Source: Bryobacteraceae bacterium (GTDB lineage Bacteria > Acidobacteriota > Terriglobia > Bryobacterales > Bryobacteraceae). From it: 64,000 bases of DNA. The stretch covers positions 61,084 through 125,083 of the forward strand of contig CANGYQ010000014.1 in NCBI GenBank assembly GCA_947458745.1, in the 5' to 3' direction. This document shows positions 8,771 to 16,780 of the stretch, piece by piece; position 1 is the stretch's first letter, and every line of letters starts with the position of its first letter. The notes under the pieces were generated by a model. That model had not been told where the DNA came from, ran no database searches, and worked only from the letters and a program-made list of their open reading frames with translations. The position numbers were made by a program, and so were the translations under genes.

Positions 8771-9646
8771 ATGAGCGCGTGTCTGGTGGCCGGCAACATT
8801 GTGGTGGACACGCTGGTCCGCCCGGTGACCAAGATCCACTGGGGGACGACGCAATGGGTGGATGCGATCGCCCAAAGCCTGGGTGGCAATGGCGCCAATA
8901 CGTCGTTTGCGCTGGGCATGCTGGGCTTCCCGGTGCGGCTGATGGGCGACGTGGGCGATGATCCGGCGGGCGAGTTTGCGCTGGCTGAGCTGCATCGCGC
9001 CGGAGTGGCTACGAAGCACGTGCAGCGCACCACCGCTGCGACAGCCGCCACGGTAGCGTTGGTCGATCCTGAGGGGCGGCGGGCATTGCTGCATGTGCCG
9101 GGGGCCAGTGCGGAGGCATTTCGGGAAGTGCCGCTGGTGTGGCCGAACGACGTCACGCACCTCCACATCGCCAATCCTTATGCGGTGCCGCACCTGCGGC
9201 AGCATGCGCCGGCGATGCTGCGCCGGGCGAAGGAACGCGGGATGTCCACATCGCTCGATTGCGGTTGGGATGCGCGCGGGGAGTGGAACATGGTGCTGGA
9301 CCCGTGCTTGCCGTTCACCGATCTCCTGTTCCTGAACGAAAGCGAAGCCGAGCATTTGGGAGATCCGCAAGCCCCGGTGGTGGTGAAGAAACTGGGTGAG
9401 CGCGGCTGTTCGGTGAATGCCCAACTGGTGCCCGGCTTTGCGGTGGCCGCGGTGGATTCGACCGGTGCCGGGGACTGCTTTGTCGCCGGCTTTCTGGCCG
9501 CCCGGCAGCGCGGATCGACGATGATGGAAGCCGCCCGCTTCGCCAACGCGGTGGGCGCGTTGAGCGTCTCTCAGCTGGGTTCAGTGGCGGGCGTAATCAA
9601 TTACGCCGAGACGCAGGCCTGGATCAGCCGTCAACCCGCGCGCTAG
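8771..9646 (+). CDS. PfkB-family carbohydrate kinase
   Basis: 'DSTGAGDCFVAGFLAA' is the PfkB/ribokinase signature, and 'GGNGANTSFALGMLG' is the N-terminal sugar-kinase motif. Confidence 0.85.
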   Translation: MSACLVAGNIVVDTLVRPVTKIHWGTTQWVDAIAQSLGGNGANTSFALGMLGFPVRLMGDVGDDPAGEFALAELHRAGVATKHVQRTTAATAATVALVDPEGRRALLHVPGASAEAFREVPLVWPNDVTHLHIANPYAVPHLRQHAPAMLRRAKERGMSTSLDCGWDARGEWNMVLDPCLPFTDLLFLNESEAEHLGDPQAPVVVKKLGERGCSVNAQLVPGFAVAAVDSTGAGDCFVAGFLAARQRGSTMMEAARFANAVGALSVSQLGSVAGVINYAETQAWISRQPAR

Positions 9647-9650
9647 ACGC

Positions 9651-9851
9651 CTACCGGCCCGCGATCATCTGGCCCAACCGGAAGGGCAGGGTACAGATGC
9701 CCCAGATCAGGCTCAGCACGCCACCCACGGCCACACCCACGATCTTGAACGGCAACAGCAGAAGCCAGACCAGCGGGTAGAGCACCAGGGCCACAATCGC
9801 CAGCGGCGCGCACAGCATGAAGAGGACGCACCACAACAGAAATCCGATCAT
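9651..9851 (-). CDS. small hypothetical membrane protein (66 aa)
   Basis: Two hydrophobic helices. It lies 40 nt downstream of the cytochrome c gene on the same strand. Short ORF with weak support. Confidence 0.4.
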   Translation of the reverse strand: MIGFLLWCVLFMLCAPLAIVALVLYPLVWLLLLPFKIVGVAVGGVLSLIWGICTLPFRLGQMIAGR

Positions 9852-9891
9852 CAGCCTAGACTACGTGTTGGCGAAGGAGTTTGTTCCCTGA

Positions 9892-10347
9892 CTACGGCTT
9901 GGGTTTCGCTTCCGGCTTCTCGGCGTCGATTTTGATCTGTTTCAGCATCTCGGCATCGGGCGGCATCTCTTCTTTGCCAGCGGGGAACTTGCCCATGCTG
10001 AAAATGTAAGCCAGGATGTCGGCGTTGGTCTGGCGGGACAGCGTTTTCGGTTTGCTGATGGGCATGGTGGTGCGGATGCGCTCGAATAGATCGCCCACTG
10101 TCAGACCGTTCCAGTTGGCCAGAAATTCGCCACCGGTCAGCGGCGGCGACATCTCGCCCCCGCTCATCAGGTCGCCATGGCAACTAGCGCACTCTTTCTT
10201 ATAAAGCGGCTGGCCCCGCTGGGCCTGCTCGTCGGTGTAAATACCGTCCCAGGTGGATTGCGTGGGCTCCGGGGCCTGGGCCGCGACAACTACGAGGGAG
10301 AAAGCGAGCGTGCCCGCCACCAGGGCGTAGGTCAGGTTCCGGTTCAT
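9892..10347 (-). CDS. c-type cytochrome (mono-heme), periplasmic
   Basis: Signal peptide plus a single heme motif CASCH ('YKKECASCHGDL'). Starts 16 nt downstream of the PQQ dehydrogenase stop. Confidence 0.8.
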   Translation of the reverse strand: MNRNLTYALVAGTLAFSLVVVAAQAPEPTQSTWDGIYTDEQAQRGQPLYKKECASCHGDLMSGGEMSPPLTGGEFLANWNGLTVGDLFERIRTTMPISKPKTLSRQTNADILAYIFSMGKFPAGKEEMPPDAEMLKQIKIDAEKPEAKPKP

Positions 10348-10363
10348 GACTGTTGCTGCCAGT

Positions 10364-12493
10364 TTAGCGCTGTGCTCCGCCGCCCGCCACGCCTTGGCTG
10401 GGCGAACGCTCCTCGGTGGCCGGCAGCGTGAAGGCGATGTACTCGCCGGAGTACGCGCCGCCGCTGACTGCGACGATGATGTACTGCTTGCCGTTCAACA
10501 TGTAGGTCATCGGCGAACCGGTCTGTGGAGCGGGCAGATAGACCGCGCCGACCTCTTTGCCGTTGCCCTTGTCATAGGCGCGCAGCATCGCCCCGCGAGC
10601 GCGGCCCGGAGGGCTGGTGACGGCGCCGTCTCCGGCGATCACCAGCGTCTTGGTGACCAGTGTGCCGACATTGAAGCCCGATTGTCCGGTGCGCGGAATG
10701 GTCAGGCCTTTCAGGGCGGGATGGTTGCGGATGAAGTCCGGCGTTTCGCCATGGGCGATCTGCCAGACGATCTCGCCGCGGTCCAGGTTGATGGCGGAGA
10801 TGGTGCTGTAGGGCGGCTTGATCAACGGCAAGCCATCGACGTTCAAGGCTCCACCACCGCCGCCAGCGGGCGGGGCCGCGGGGCGACGCGTGGGCAGGGG
10901 GGAATCGGCACCAGCGCCTTCACCGGGGCCGGTGCGGAGGCGAATCTCCTGTCCGGCGGTGCCCGCAAAGTAGTCCACCTCGGAAATCTCCTTGGGTGGC
11001 TTGATCAGCCCGATGGGCGTCAGGCAGGCGTTGCAGGCGAAGGCGTAGATGGTGTGAGTTTCCGGGTCATAAGAAGCGCCCGGCCAGTTGGTACCGCCGC
11101 TGGCCGTGCCCAGCGTCAGGGTGGCCAGCGGGCCTTCGACCTTGCTGACTACCGGCGGCGTATAGACCGGGCCCAGCTTGTACTTGGACGCGATTGCCAG
11201 GCCCTTCTCCTTGAGGGCGGGCGTGAAGTCGATCAGGTCTTCCTTCGTCACGCCGTTGCGGCTATAGACAGGCGGCTTGCTGGGGAAGGGCTGGGTGGGT
11301 GCGTACCATTCACCCGGGACATCGCCCTTCTCGACGGGCTTTTCGACGATGGGCCAGACCGGATTACCAGTGACGCGATCAAACACGTAGAGGAATCCCT
11401 GTTTACTGGGCTGGGCGACGGCCTTGATGTTCTTGCCGTCCACGGTGATGTCGGCCAGGATGGGGGCGGAGGAGATGTCCATGTCCCAGATGGGGTGGTG
11501 GACCAGTTGGTAGTGCCACTTGCGCTGGCCGGTCTTTAGGTCGACGCAGACTAGGCTTTCGCCATAGAGGTTGTCGCCCGGGCGGTGGCCGCCGTAGTAA
11601 TCCGAGGTGGGGGATTCCACCGGCAGATAGGCCAGGCCCAGTTGCTCGTCCACGGTCATCTGGGTCCAGACGCCATTGTTGCCGGTGTACTCGGCGGAGC
11701 CGTTCAGCCAAGTGTCGTAGCCGTGCTCACCCTTTTTGGGGATGGTGTGGAAAATCCACAGCCGCTTGCCGGTACGGACGTCGAAGCCGCGCACGTAGCC
11801 TTTGTTGTTGGTCTTGGTCTTGGGCGTCATGCCTTCGCGGAAGGCCGCGCCGATGATGACGGTGTCCTTGGCCACGACGGGTGCGGACTGGAGGCCCACT
11901 TCGCCGGTGGTCAGGTCCGGCATGATGGTCTGGTCCATTTCGAGCTTCAGGTCGACCGAGCCGCCTTTGCCGAACGTGGGCACGGGCGCACCGGTCTTGG
12001 CATTGAGGGCGATCAACCGATAACCCGGCGTCACATAGAGGACGCGCTCCTCCTTGCCATCGGACCAGTAGGCTAAGCCGCGGCCGGACAGCTGGCGGGG
12101 GGCCGCCGCGCCGCGTTCGCCTTCACGTTCGCCATGCACCCACATCAGTTCGCCAGTGGCGGCGTCGAGAGCCACCACGGCCCGGCGTGAACCGGCCGTC
12201 GCGTAGACCACGCCACCCACCATCAACGGCGTGCCTTCCAGCTTGAACTCCGGCCGGTTGCCCAGGCTATCGGTCTTGAAGCGCCAGGCGACCTCCAGCG
12301 TCTTGAAGTTGCCGGCGTTGATCTGGTCGAGCGGCCGGTAACGGGTGCCAGCCAAATCCGCGGCGTAGGTGGGCCATTCGGTGTCTTTGGGTTTGAACTG
12401 CGCGGCGGCGGGCAGTGCGTTGATGGACAGCAGTGCCAGCGCCAGAATGGCGCGCGGTGCCTGGACCTGCAGGTGGCGAGGCGAACAGGGCAT
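10364..12493 (-). CDS. PQQ-dependent dehydrogenase (quinoprotein beta-propeller), periplasmic
   Basis: Signal peptide, N-terminus 'WPTYAADLAGTRYRPLDQINAGNFKTLEVAW', and repeated propeller blades ('VYATAGSRRAVVALDAATGELMW', 'LVCVDLKTGQRKW') typical of quinoprotein dehydrogenases. GAGGAG lies 8 nt before the ATG. Confidence 0.8.
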   Translation of the reverse strand: MPCSPRHLQVQAPRAILALALLSINALPAAAQFKPKDTEWPTYAADLAGTRYRPLDQINAGNFKTLEVAWRFKTDSLGNRPEFKLEGTPLMVGGVVYATAGSRRAVVALDAATGELMWVHGEREGERGAAAPRQLSGRGLAYWSDGKEERVLYVTPGYRLIALNAKTGAPVPTFGKGGSVDLKLEMDQTIMPDLTTGEVGLQSAPVVAKDTVIIGAAFREGMTPKTKTNNKGYVRGFDVRTGKRLWIFHTIPKKGEHGYDTWLNGSAEYTGNNGVWTQMTVDEQLGLAYLPVESPTSDYYGGHRPGDNLYGESLVCVDLKTGQRKWHYQLVHHPIWDMDISSAPILADITVDGKNIKAVAQPSKQGFLYVFDRVTGNPVWPIVEKPVEKGDVPGEWYAPTQPFPSKPPVYSRNGVTKEDLIDFTPALKEKGLAIASKYKLGPVYTPPVVSKVEGPLATLTLGTASGGTNWPGASYDPETHTIYAFACNACLTPIGLIKPPKEISEVDYFAGTAGQEIRLRTGPGEGAGADSPLPTRRPAAPPAGGGGGALNVDGLPLIKPPYSTISAINLDRGEIVWQIAHGETPDFIRNHPALKGLTIPRTGQSGFNVGTLVTKTLVIAGDGAVTSPPGRARGAMLRAYDKGNGKEVGAVYLPAPQTGSPMTYMLNGKQYIIVAVSGGAYSGEYIAFTLPATEERSPSQGVAGGGAQR

Positions 12494-12693
12494 GGACAGG
12501 GCTCCTCATGTACTGGGCGGACCACTGGGTACGCTCAGGCGATCTTGCCGAACTCGGGCAGTGGGACGCAGCGCGACGGCGTCGGGAGGGTAGCCCAACA
12601 ACGACCCGCAGGTCCGGATAGATCGTATTACAAGGCTTACGAGAACGCAAACGGCTTACCGGCCCGGAGGTGCGTTGGGGCACGGACCTTCCC

Positions 12694-13962
12694 CTAAGTT
12701 TCAGAGCCGAGCCAAGTGCCCGGGGTTGACCGGAAGTCCGGTTCCACCGTGCCGTGTGCGGTGACGAACTGGCCATACAGATCAAGAAACTGGCGTGCCA
12801 CCACCGGCCAGTCAAGCGACGCTGCCGTCGCCAAGGCCCGGGCGCGGCGCTCTTCACGGTCAGGAGACTGGAAGGTATCTAGCACCGCTTGCGTAAACAC
12901 GCCAGCTTCCGGCGCGGCCAGCCAGGCATTGCCGGCATGGGCAAACGACGTGATGCCTCCTCGATCCGGTGCCACCAGCGGCGTGCCGCTGGCCATGGCT
13001 TCCAGTGGCGCAATGCCGAAGGGCTCGGCTGGATTGGTGTGGACGAACACGTCGGCATTCGCGTAGAGCCCGGCCAGTTCCTCCCGCCCGGCCATGTGGC
13101 CCAGAAAATGAGCGTAACCCGGGAAGCGGGCTTCGGCGGCCTGTGTGAGTGCGGCGCGCTCTACGCCGTCGCCCGCCACCAGCAGCCGGTAGTCGTGCTC
13201 AAAGTCCTGGCGCAGCAAGCGTTCAAAGGTATCGAGCAGCAGCGGCAGATTCTTCTCTTTGGCCAGACGGCCGGCATACAGGACCAGCCGTGAATCGGGA
13301 TTGCCACCGGCGGCCTGCGCCAAGCGGGTATGCTCCGCTGCGGTGCGGTGTTGGGGGCTGAACCGCTTGAGATCGACACCGTTGGGACGGATCCAGATGC
13401 CGCGCTCCCGCACGTGGCCGCGCGAGGCGATGCGTAGTTCGTCGGCCGTATGATGCGACACGGTGACGTGGTGATCAAAGAAAGCGAAATAGACCCACTT
13501 CATGTACCAACGCGCAAAGGCCTGGCCCCAGGAGGAGTGCGTGAGATAGACCGCTAAGTTGTCGTCCATCCGCTCGCAACTCATGCCCACCAGCACCGGG
13601 CGCTTGTGCAGGCCCGGGAAGAGCCCGCGCCGGATGGCACCGGCCAGATAGTGGAGGCAGTACTTATCGCAGACCTCAATCAGGTCCGGCTGTTCCGCCC
13701 GGACGATCTCCGCCACGCGATGATGCACGCCGGGCCAGCGGTTGGGGTAGATCACCCGGTACCCGGGGTTCATCCGGGTGGACGGCGCGGCCACGGTGTA
13801 GAGCCGCGTGTGCTGGCGCCGCTCAAAGCCATCCTGCTCGCCGGGTACCACCAGCACCTTCTGCCGCCCATCCTGCTCCGCGGCTTCCAGCAACGCCCGG
13901 TAGTAGGTGGCAATCCCGCCGGACTTGGCGTGCCAGGCATTGGTCAGGTGCAGGGAGATCAT
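12694..13962 (-). CDS. glycosyltransferase family 4 protein
   Basis: 'LVLYAGRLAKEKNLPLLL' and 'FVHTNPAEPFGIAPLEAMASGTPLVAP' form the GT-B/GT4 C-terminal signature. ATG 13962 overlaps the upstream stop (ATGA). The 36 extra codons of the track ORF are discarded. Confidence 0.8.
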   Translation of the reverse strand: MISLHLTNAWHAKSGGIATYYRALLEAAEQDGRQKVLVVPGEQDGFERRQHTRLYTVAAPSTRMNPGYRVIYPNRWPGVHHRVAEIVRAEQPDLIEVCDKYCLHYLAGAIRRGLFPGLHKRPVLVGMSCERMDDNLAVYLTHSSWGQAFARWYMKWVYFAFFDHHVTVSHHTADELRIASRGHVRERGIWIRPNGVDLKRFSPQHRTAAEHTRLAQAAGGNPDSRLVLYAGRLAKEKNLPLLLDTFERLLRQDFEHDYRLLVAGDGVERAALTQAAEARFPGYAHFLGHMAGREELAGLYANADVFVHTNPAEPFGIAPLEAMASGTPLVAPDRGGITSFAHAGNAWLAAPEAGVFTQAVLDTFQSPDREERRARALATAASLDWPVVARQFLDLYGQFVTAHGTVEPDFRSTPGTWLGSET

Positions 13963-14552
13963 CGCGGTGCAACCGCGCTGCGCAATCCAGCGGTGGACCG
14001 CCAGACCAACTTGGGGCCGCTGGCCACAAAGCCCACCAGCAAGGCCGGAAAGCGGGCGATGTCCCGCCACAACGGTTGGGCACCTACGCCCACGATCAGC
14101 GACCCACGGCGCATCGAATAGAGGTTGAACAACGTCGAGAAGACCGTGAAGATCATCGAAACCAGAATCGACGGCAACAGCTTGGGCGTGCCCCGCAGCC
14201 AGTGGATCAGAAACTCAATGCCGTGCTGGAAGATGGGCAGCAGGAACATGGCCGTGAGGTTGGCCAGCCAAGCGGGTTCCGCGCGGCGGAAGGCCTGCGT
14301 CATGGAGCCATAGCAGCCGGAAGCGATCAGGCGATAGGCAAACTCGGCCAACGCCGCACCCCAGGCCGCATCCAGGCCTGATGAAAGGTTCACTCCGAAA
14401 AACAGGGAGAAGCGGATCAGCGCGCTGAACAGCGACGCCTTCCAGTGCCAGCATTCGATCAAGTGATAGCCCGGGCGGCGGAGCAGGTCAGCCAACACGT
14501 TCTGTACCGTTACGGTGCCGGGGGCGAGGGGGGAAGGGGACTCAGGGGACAT
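13959..14552 (-). CDS. hypothetical polytopic membrane protein, translationally coupled to the GT4 gene
   Basis: 197 aa with several hydrophobic helices. Its stop overlaps the GT4 start. No motif recognised. Confidence 0.55.
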   Translation of the reverse strand: MSPESPSPLAPGTVTVQNVLADLLRRPGYHLIECWHWKASLFSALIRFSLFFGVNLSSGLDAAWGAALAEFAYRLIASGCYGSMTQAFRRAEPAWLANLTAMFLLPIFQHGIEFLIHWLRGTPKLLPSILVSMIFTVFSTLFNLYSMRRGSLIVGVGAQPLWRDIARFPALLVGFVASGPKLVWRSTAGLRSAVAPR

Positions 14553-14607
14553 CCTGTTTCAGGGTAGTGACATCGCATTTCCATTCAATGACGGATGCTT
14601 GAAGGCC

Positions 14608-14621
14608 CCGATAATTATCGG
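14608..14621. promoter_or_regulatory. perfect 14-bp palindrome CCGATAATTATCGG (operator candidate)
   Basis: Read directly from the sequence. It lies in the 98-bp spacer upstream of the membrane-protein/GT4 operon, just upstream of a TTGAAT-N16-TACCCT promoter-like element on the minus strand. Confidence 0.3.
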
Positions 14622-14650
14622 TGAGAGTTTGGTCACGAACCGGCGTGAGG

Positions 14651-16780
14651 CTACGGCTGAGATGCGATAGCGGACGCGGGGTCCGCCACAATCATCAGCG
14701 AGGTCCGGGGGAAGGCGAACTTCTTGCCCAGTTCGTCGATGACGTTCACCTGGCAGACGTAGGTGCCGGGCTTCAAGTCCTTCAGCGGCAACTGGAGCCG
14801 CAAGGGCACGGTATTCTCGCCCCGGGTTCCGATGCGGAAGGCGCGCGCCGGGGCCGATTCGGCCATCTTGCGATTCTCCTGCAGCAACGACAAACTGGCC
14901 GACACGCCCACCATGCCCGCGGGTCCTAGAGCATTTTCGGGCGCGGTGGGGTCGTACAGTTCGAGATAAGCAAACAGCGTCTGGCCGGACCGGAACGCAC
15001 GGGTCACGTTGGGCACCAGCTTCTGGCCGTCCGCCGAAATCAGTGGATTCTCCTGCACCAGTTTCTTCTTGTTGGTGGCTCCGGCCAGTTGCTCCTTGAC
15101 GGGCTGGCGTTGGTTCGAGAGCACCACGGAGCTGAGCCGCAGCGACGTTTCTGCGGCCAGTTCCGGAATGATGACGCTGGTTTCAAACGTCCCGGTCTTG
15201 CCTTCGCCATTCTCGCGGGCGATGAAGCGGAGGACATACTTGCCTGGGGTGAGGGTGAAGCCGGTGTCGTACTGGATCTGCTTGCGGGCTACTTCTCCGG
15301 CGGTGGCCTGATCGAGCTTCAAGGGAATCGTATCGCGCACCACGGAGGAGACGCGGCCCTTGGAATCCTTGAACTGGGCAATAAAATCAAGCTCGGTGGC
15401 CGCCTTGGAACCTTTGTTGCGGAACGCGAGAGCCGCTCCGGAAATACGCACGGTGACGGGCACGAAGTACTTGGTCTTGGAGAGGCGGAAGTAGTCGATC
15501 TCGACCGCCAGGGGCAACTCAGTGGAGCTGGTCTCGCTCGACAAGGCCTGCTGCAACTGGGTCTCTTTGTCGCTGCCGGTCATGGTCTTGAAGGTGGACG
15601 CCGCGAAGTAGCCTTGCCGGTAGTCGAGCTTGGCGCGGAGCGCGGCCTGCCCGGGGGCAAGCTTCACCTGTACCTTGCGGTAACGGCCATCGTCAGCAGT
15701 GTTCAAGCTGACGTAGCTCAAGATGTAGTAGCTATCGATGCTCTTCTGGACTTCGCGCAGGCCCACGGTGAGGTCATTGCCATCGAGCAGTGCCTTGCCG
15801 CCCGTATCGGCGGCCAGCGAGTAGAGCGTTTCCTGCTGATTGTTGAAGCTATCGGAGCGTTGGCGCTGGCCTCGGCCACTGGCCAAGGACGTGCCGGAAG
15901 CACCGGCCTGGCTGGCGTCGCCACCGGGAGCAGATGCCGACAGGCCACGCGCATCGATCGGGTAGAACGAGACATTGGCCCGCACGGCGGCGGCCACGGT
16001 GGAACGCAGCTGGGATTGGTTGTCGACGCCGGTCTTTTCGACACCGCTTGAAAAATAGACCAGCGCCTTCTTCTGTGGATACGGAGAAAGCTTACGCGCG
16101 GCGTCTTCGAGGGCGGCCAACTTGCGGTCCGTGTTGAAGATGTTGAACTCGGTATCGTCGGCAACGAAGGCTCCGCTTTGGTCTTCGGCGTCGACTCCGG
16201 TTTCGGCCAGGCCCGCCTGCTCGCTGGCTTCGCCGACGCGGATGCTCTTGATGGTGGCCAGCAGCAGTTCGCGATCCGCGGTGAAGTCGAGCACGGTCTT
16301 GAGCGACGTGGAGAACGTCATCACGGAGACGACGTCGGAGGCGGAAAGCTGAGTGGAGATGAACTTCTGTGCGGCTTCCACGGCGCGGAACTGTTCGGCC
16401 GGCTGCATGGAGGATAGATCAAACATCATCACCATCAGGCGGCGATTCTGGTACTGTTCCTTCAACTCATCACGCTGGGCGGCGGTGACCGGGCGCGGTG
16501 CGGCGGGCTTCTGGCGTAGCGCGAAGGTGGGCCCGATGGCCGGCAGCGGGTCAGTGCCCAGGCGTTGGAAATCGAGCGAGCGGATCTGCTGCGGCTTGCT
16601 GTCTTCCAGCAGCACGAAATCATCCTTGGACAGCTTGTCGAGCGGCTGCCCGTCTCGGGTGGTGACGGTGACGTTGATGATCACCACCTTGACGTCGGAC
16701 TTGAACACCACGTCCTGCGCGGCGGCGCGCGGCGGCAGGGCGATCACGAGTGCGAGCAGTGTGGCCAGTGCGGGTTTCAG
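14651..16780 (-). CDS. VWA domain-containing protein (VWFA-related acidobacterial type), secreted
   Basis: 'DVVFKSDVKVVIINVTVTTRDGQPLDKLSKDDFVLLEDSKPQQIRSLDF' plus 'LMVMMFDLSSM' (MIDAS-like). The only start that yields the signal peptide (KPALATLLALVIALPPRAAAQ) is CTG at 16780-16778. The 144 extra codons of the track ORF overlap the upstream OMP gene. Confidence 0.75.
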   Translation of the reverse strand: MKPALATLLALVIALPPRAAAQDVVFKSDVKVVIINVTVTTRDGQPLDKLSKDDFVLLEDSKPQQIRSLDFQRLGTDPLPAIGPTFALRQKPAAPRPVTAAQRDELKEQYQNRRLMVMMFDLSSMQPAEQFRAVEAAQKFISTQLSASDVVSVMTFSTSLKTVLDFTADRELLLATIKSIRVGEASEQAGLAETGVDAEDQSGAFVADDTEFNIFNTDRKLAALEDAARKLSPYPQKKALVYFSSGVEKTGVDNQSQLRSTVAAAVRANVSFYPIDARGLSASAPGGDASQAGASGTSLASGRGQRQRSDSFNNQQETLYSLAADTGGKALLDGNDLTVGLREVQKSIDSYYILSYVSLNTADDGRYRKVQVKLAPGQAALRAKLDYRQGYFAASTFKTMTGSDKETQLQQALSSETSSTELPLAVEIDYFRLSKTKYFVPVTVRISGAALAFRNKGSKAATELDFIAQFKDSKGRVSSVVRDTIPLKLDQATAGEVARKQIQYDTGFTLTPGKYVLRFIARENGEGKTGTFETSVIIPELAAETSLRLSSVVLSNQRQPVKEQLAGATNKKKLVQENPLISADGQKLVPNVTRAFRSGQTLFAYLELYDPTAPENALGPAGMVGVSASLSLLQENRKMAESAPARAFRIGTRGENTVPLRLQLPLKDLKPGTYVCQVNVIDELGKKFAFPRTSLMIVADPASAIASQP

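Noticed and set aside
9395-9405. 11-nt match (GGTGAGCGCGG, the reverse complement of CCGCGCTCACC) to the tRNA-Lys 3' acceptor arm, considered as a possible att repeat
   Set aside because: It is on the opposite strand, lies 18 kb to the left of the tRNA (the non-island side), sits inside the conserved PfkB kinase gene and is only 11 nt long. It is most likely chance in GC-rich DNA. No convincing attR repeat was seen to the right of the integrase within the window.
10346-11539. 397-aa plus-strand ORF
   Set aside because: It is antisense to the PQQ dehydrogenase gene, has an Arg/Gly/Ala-rich shadow composition and no recognisable domain.
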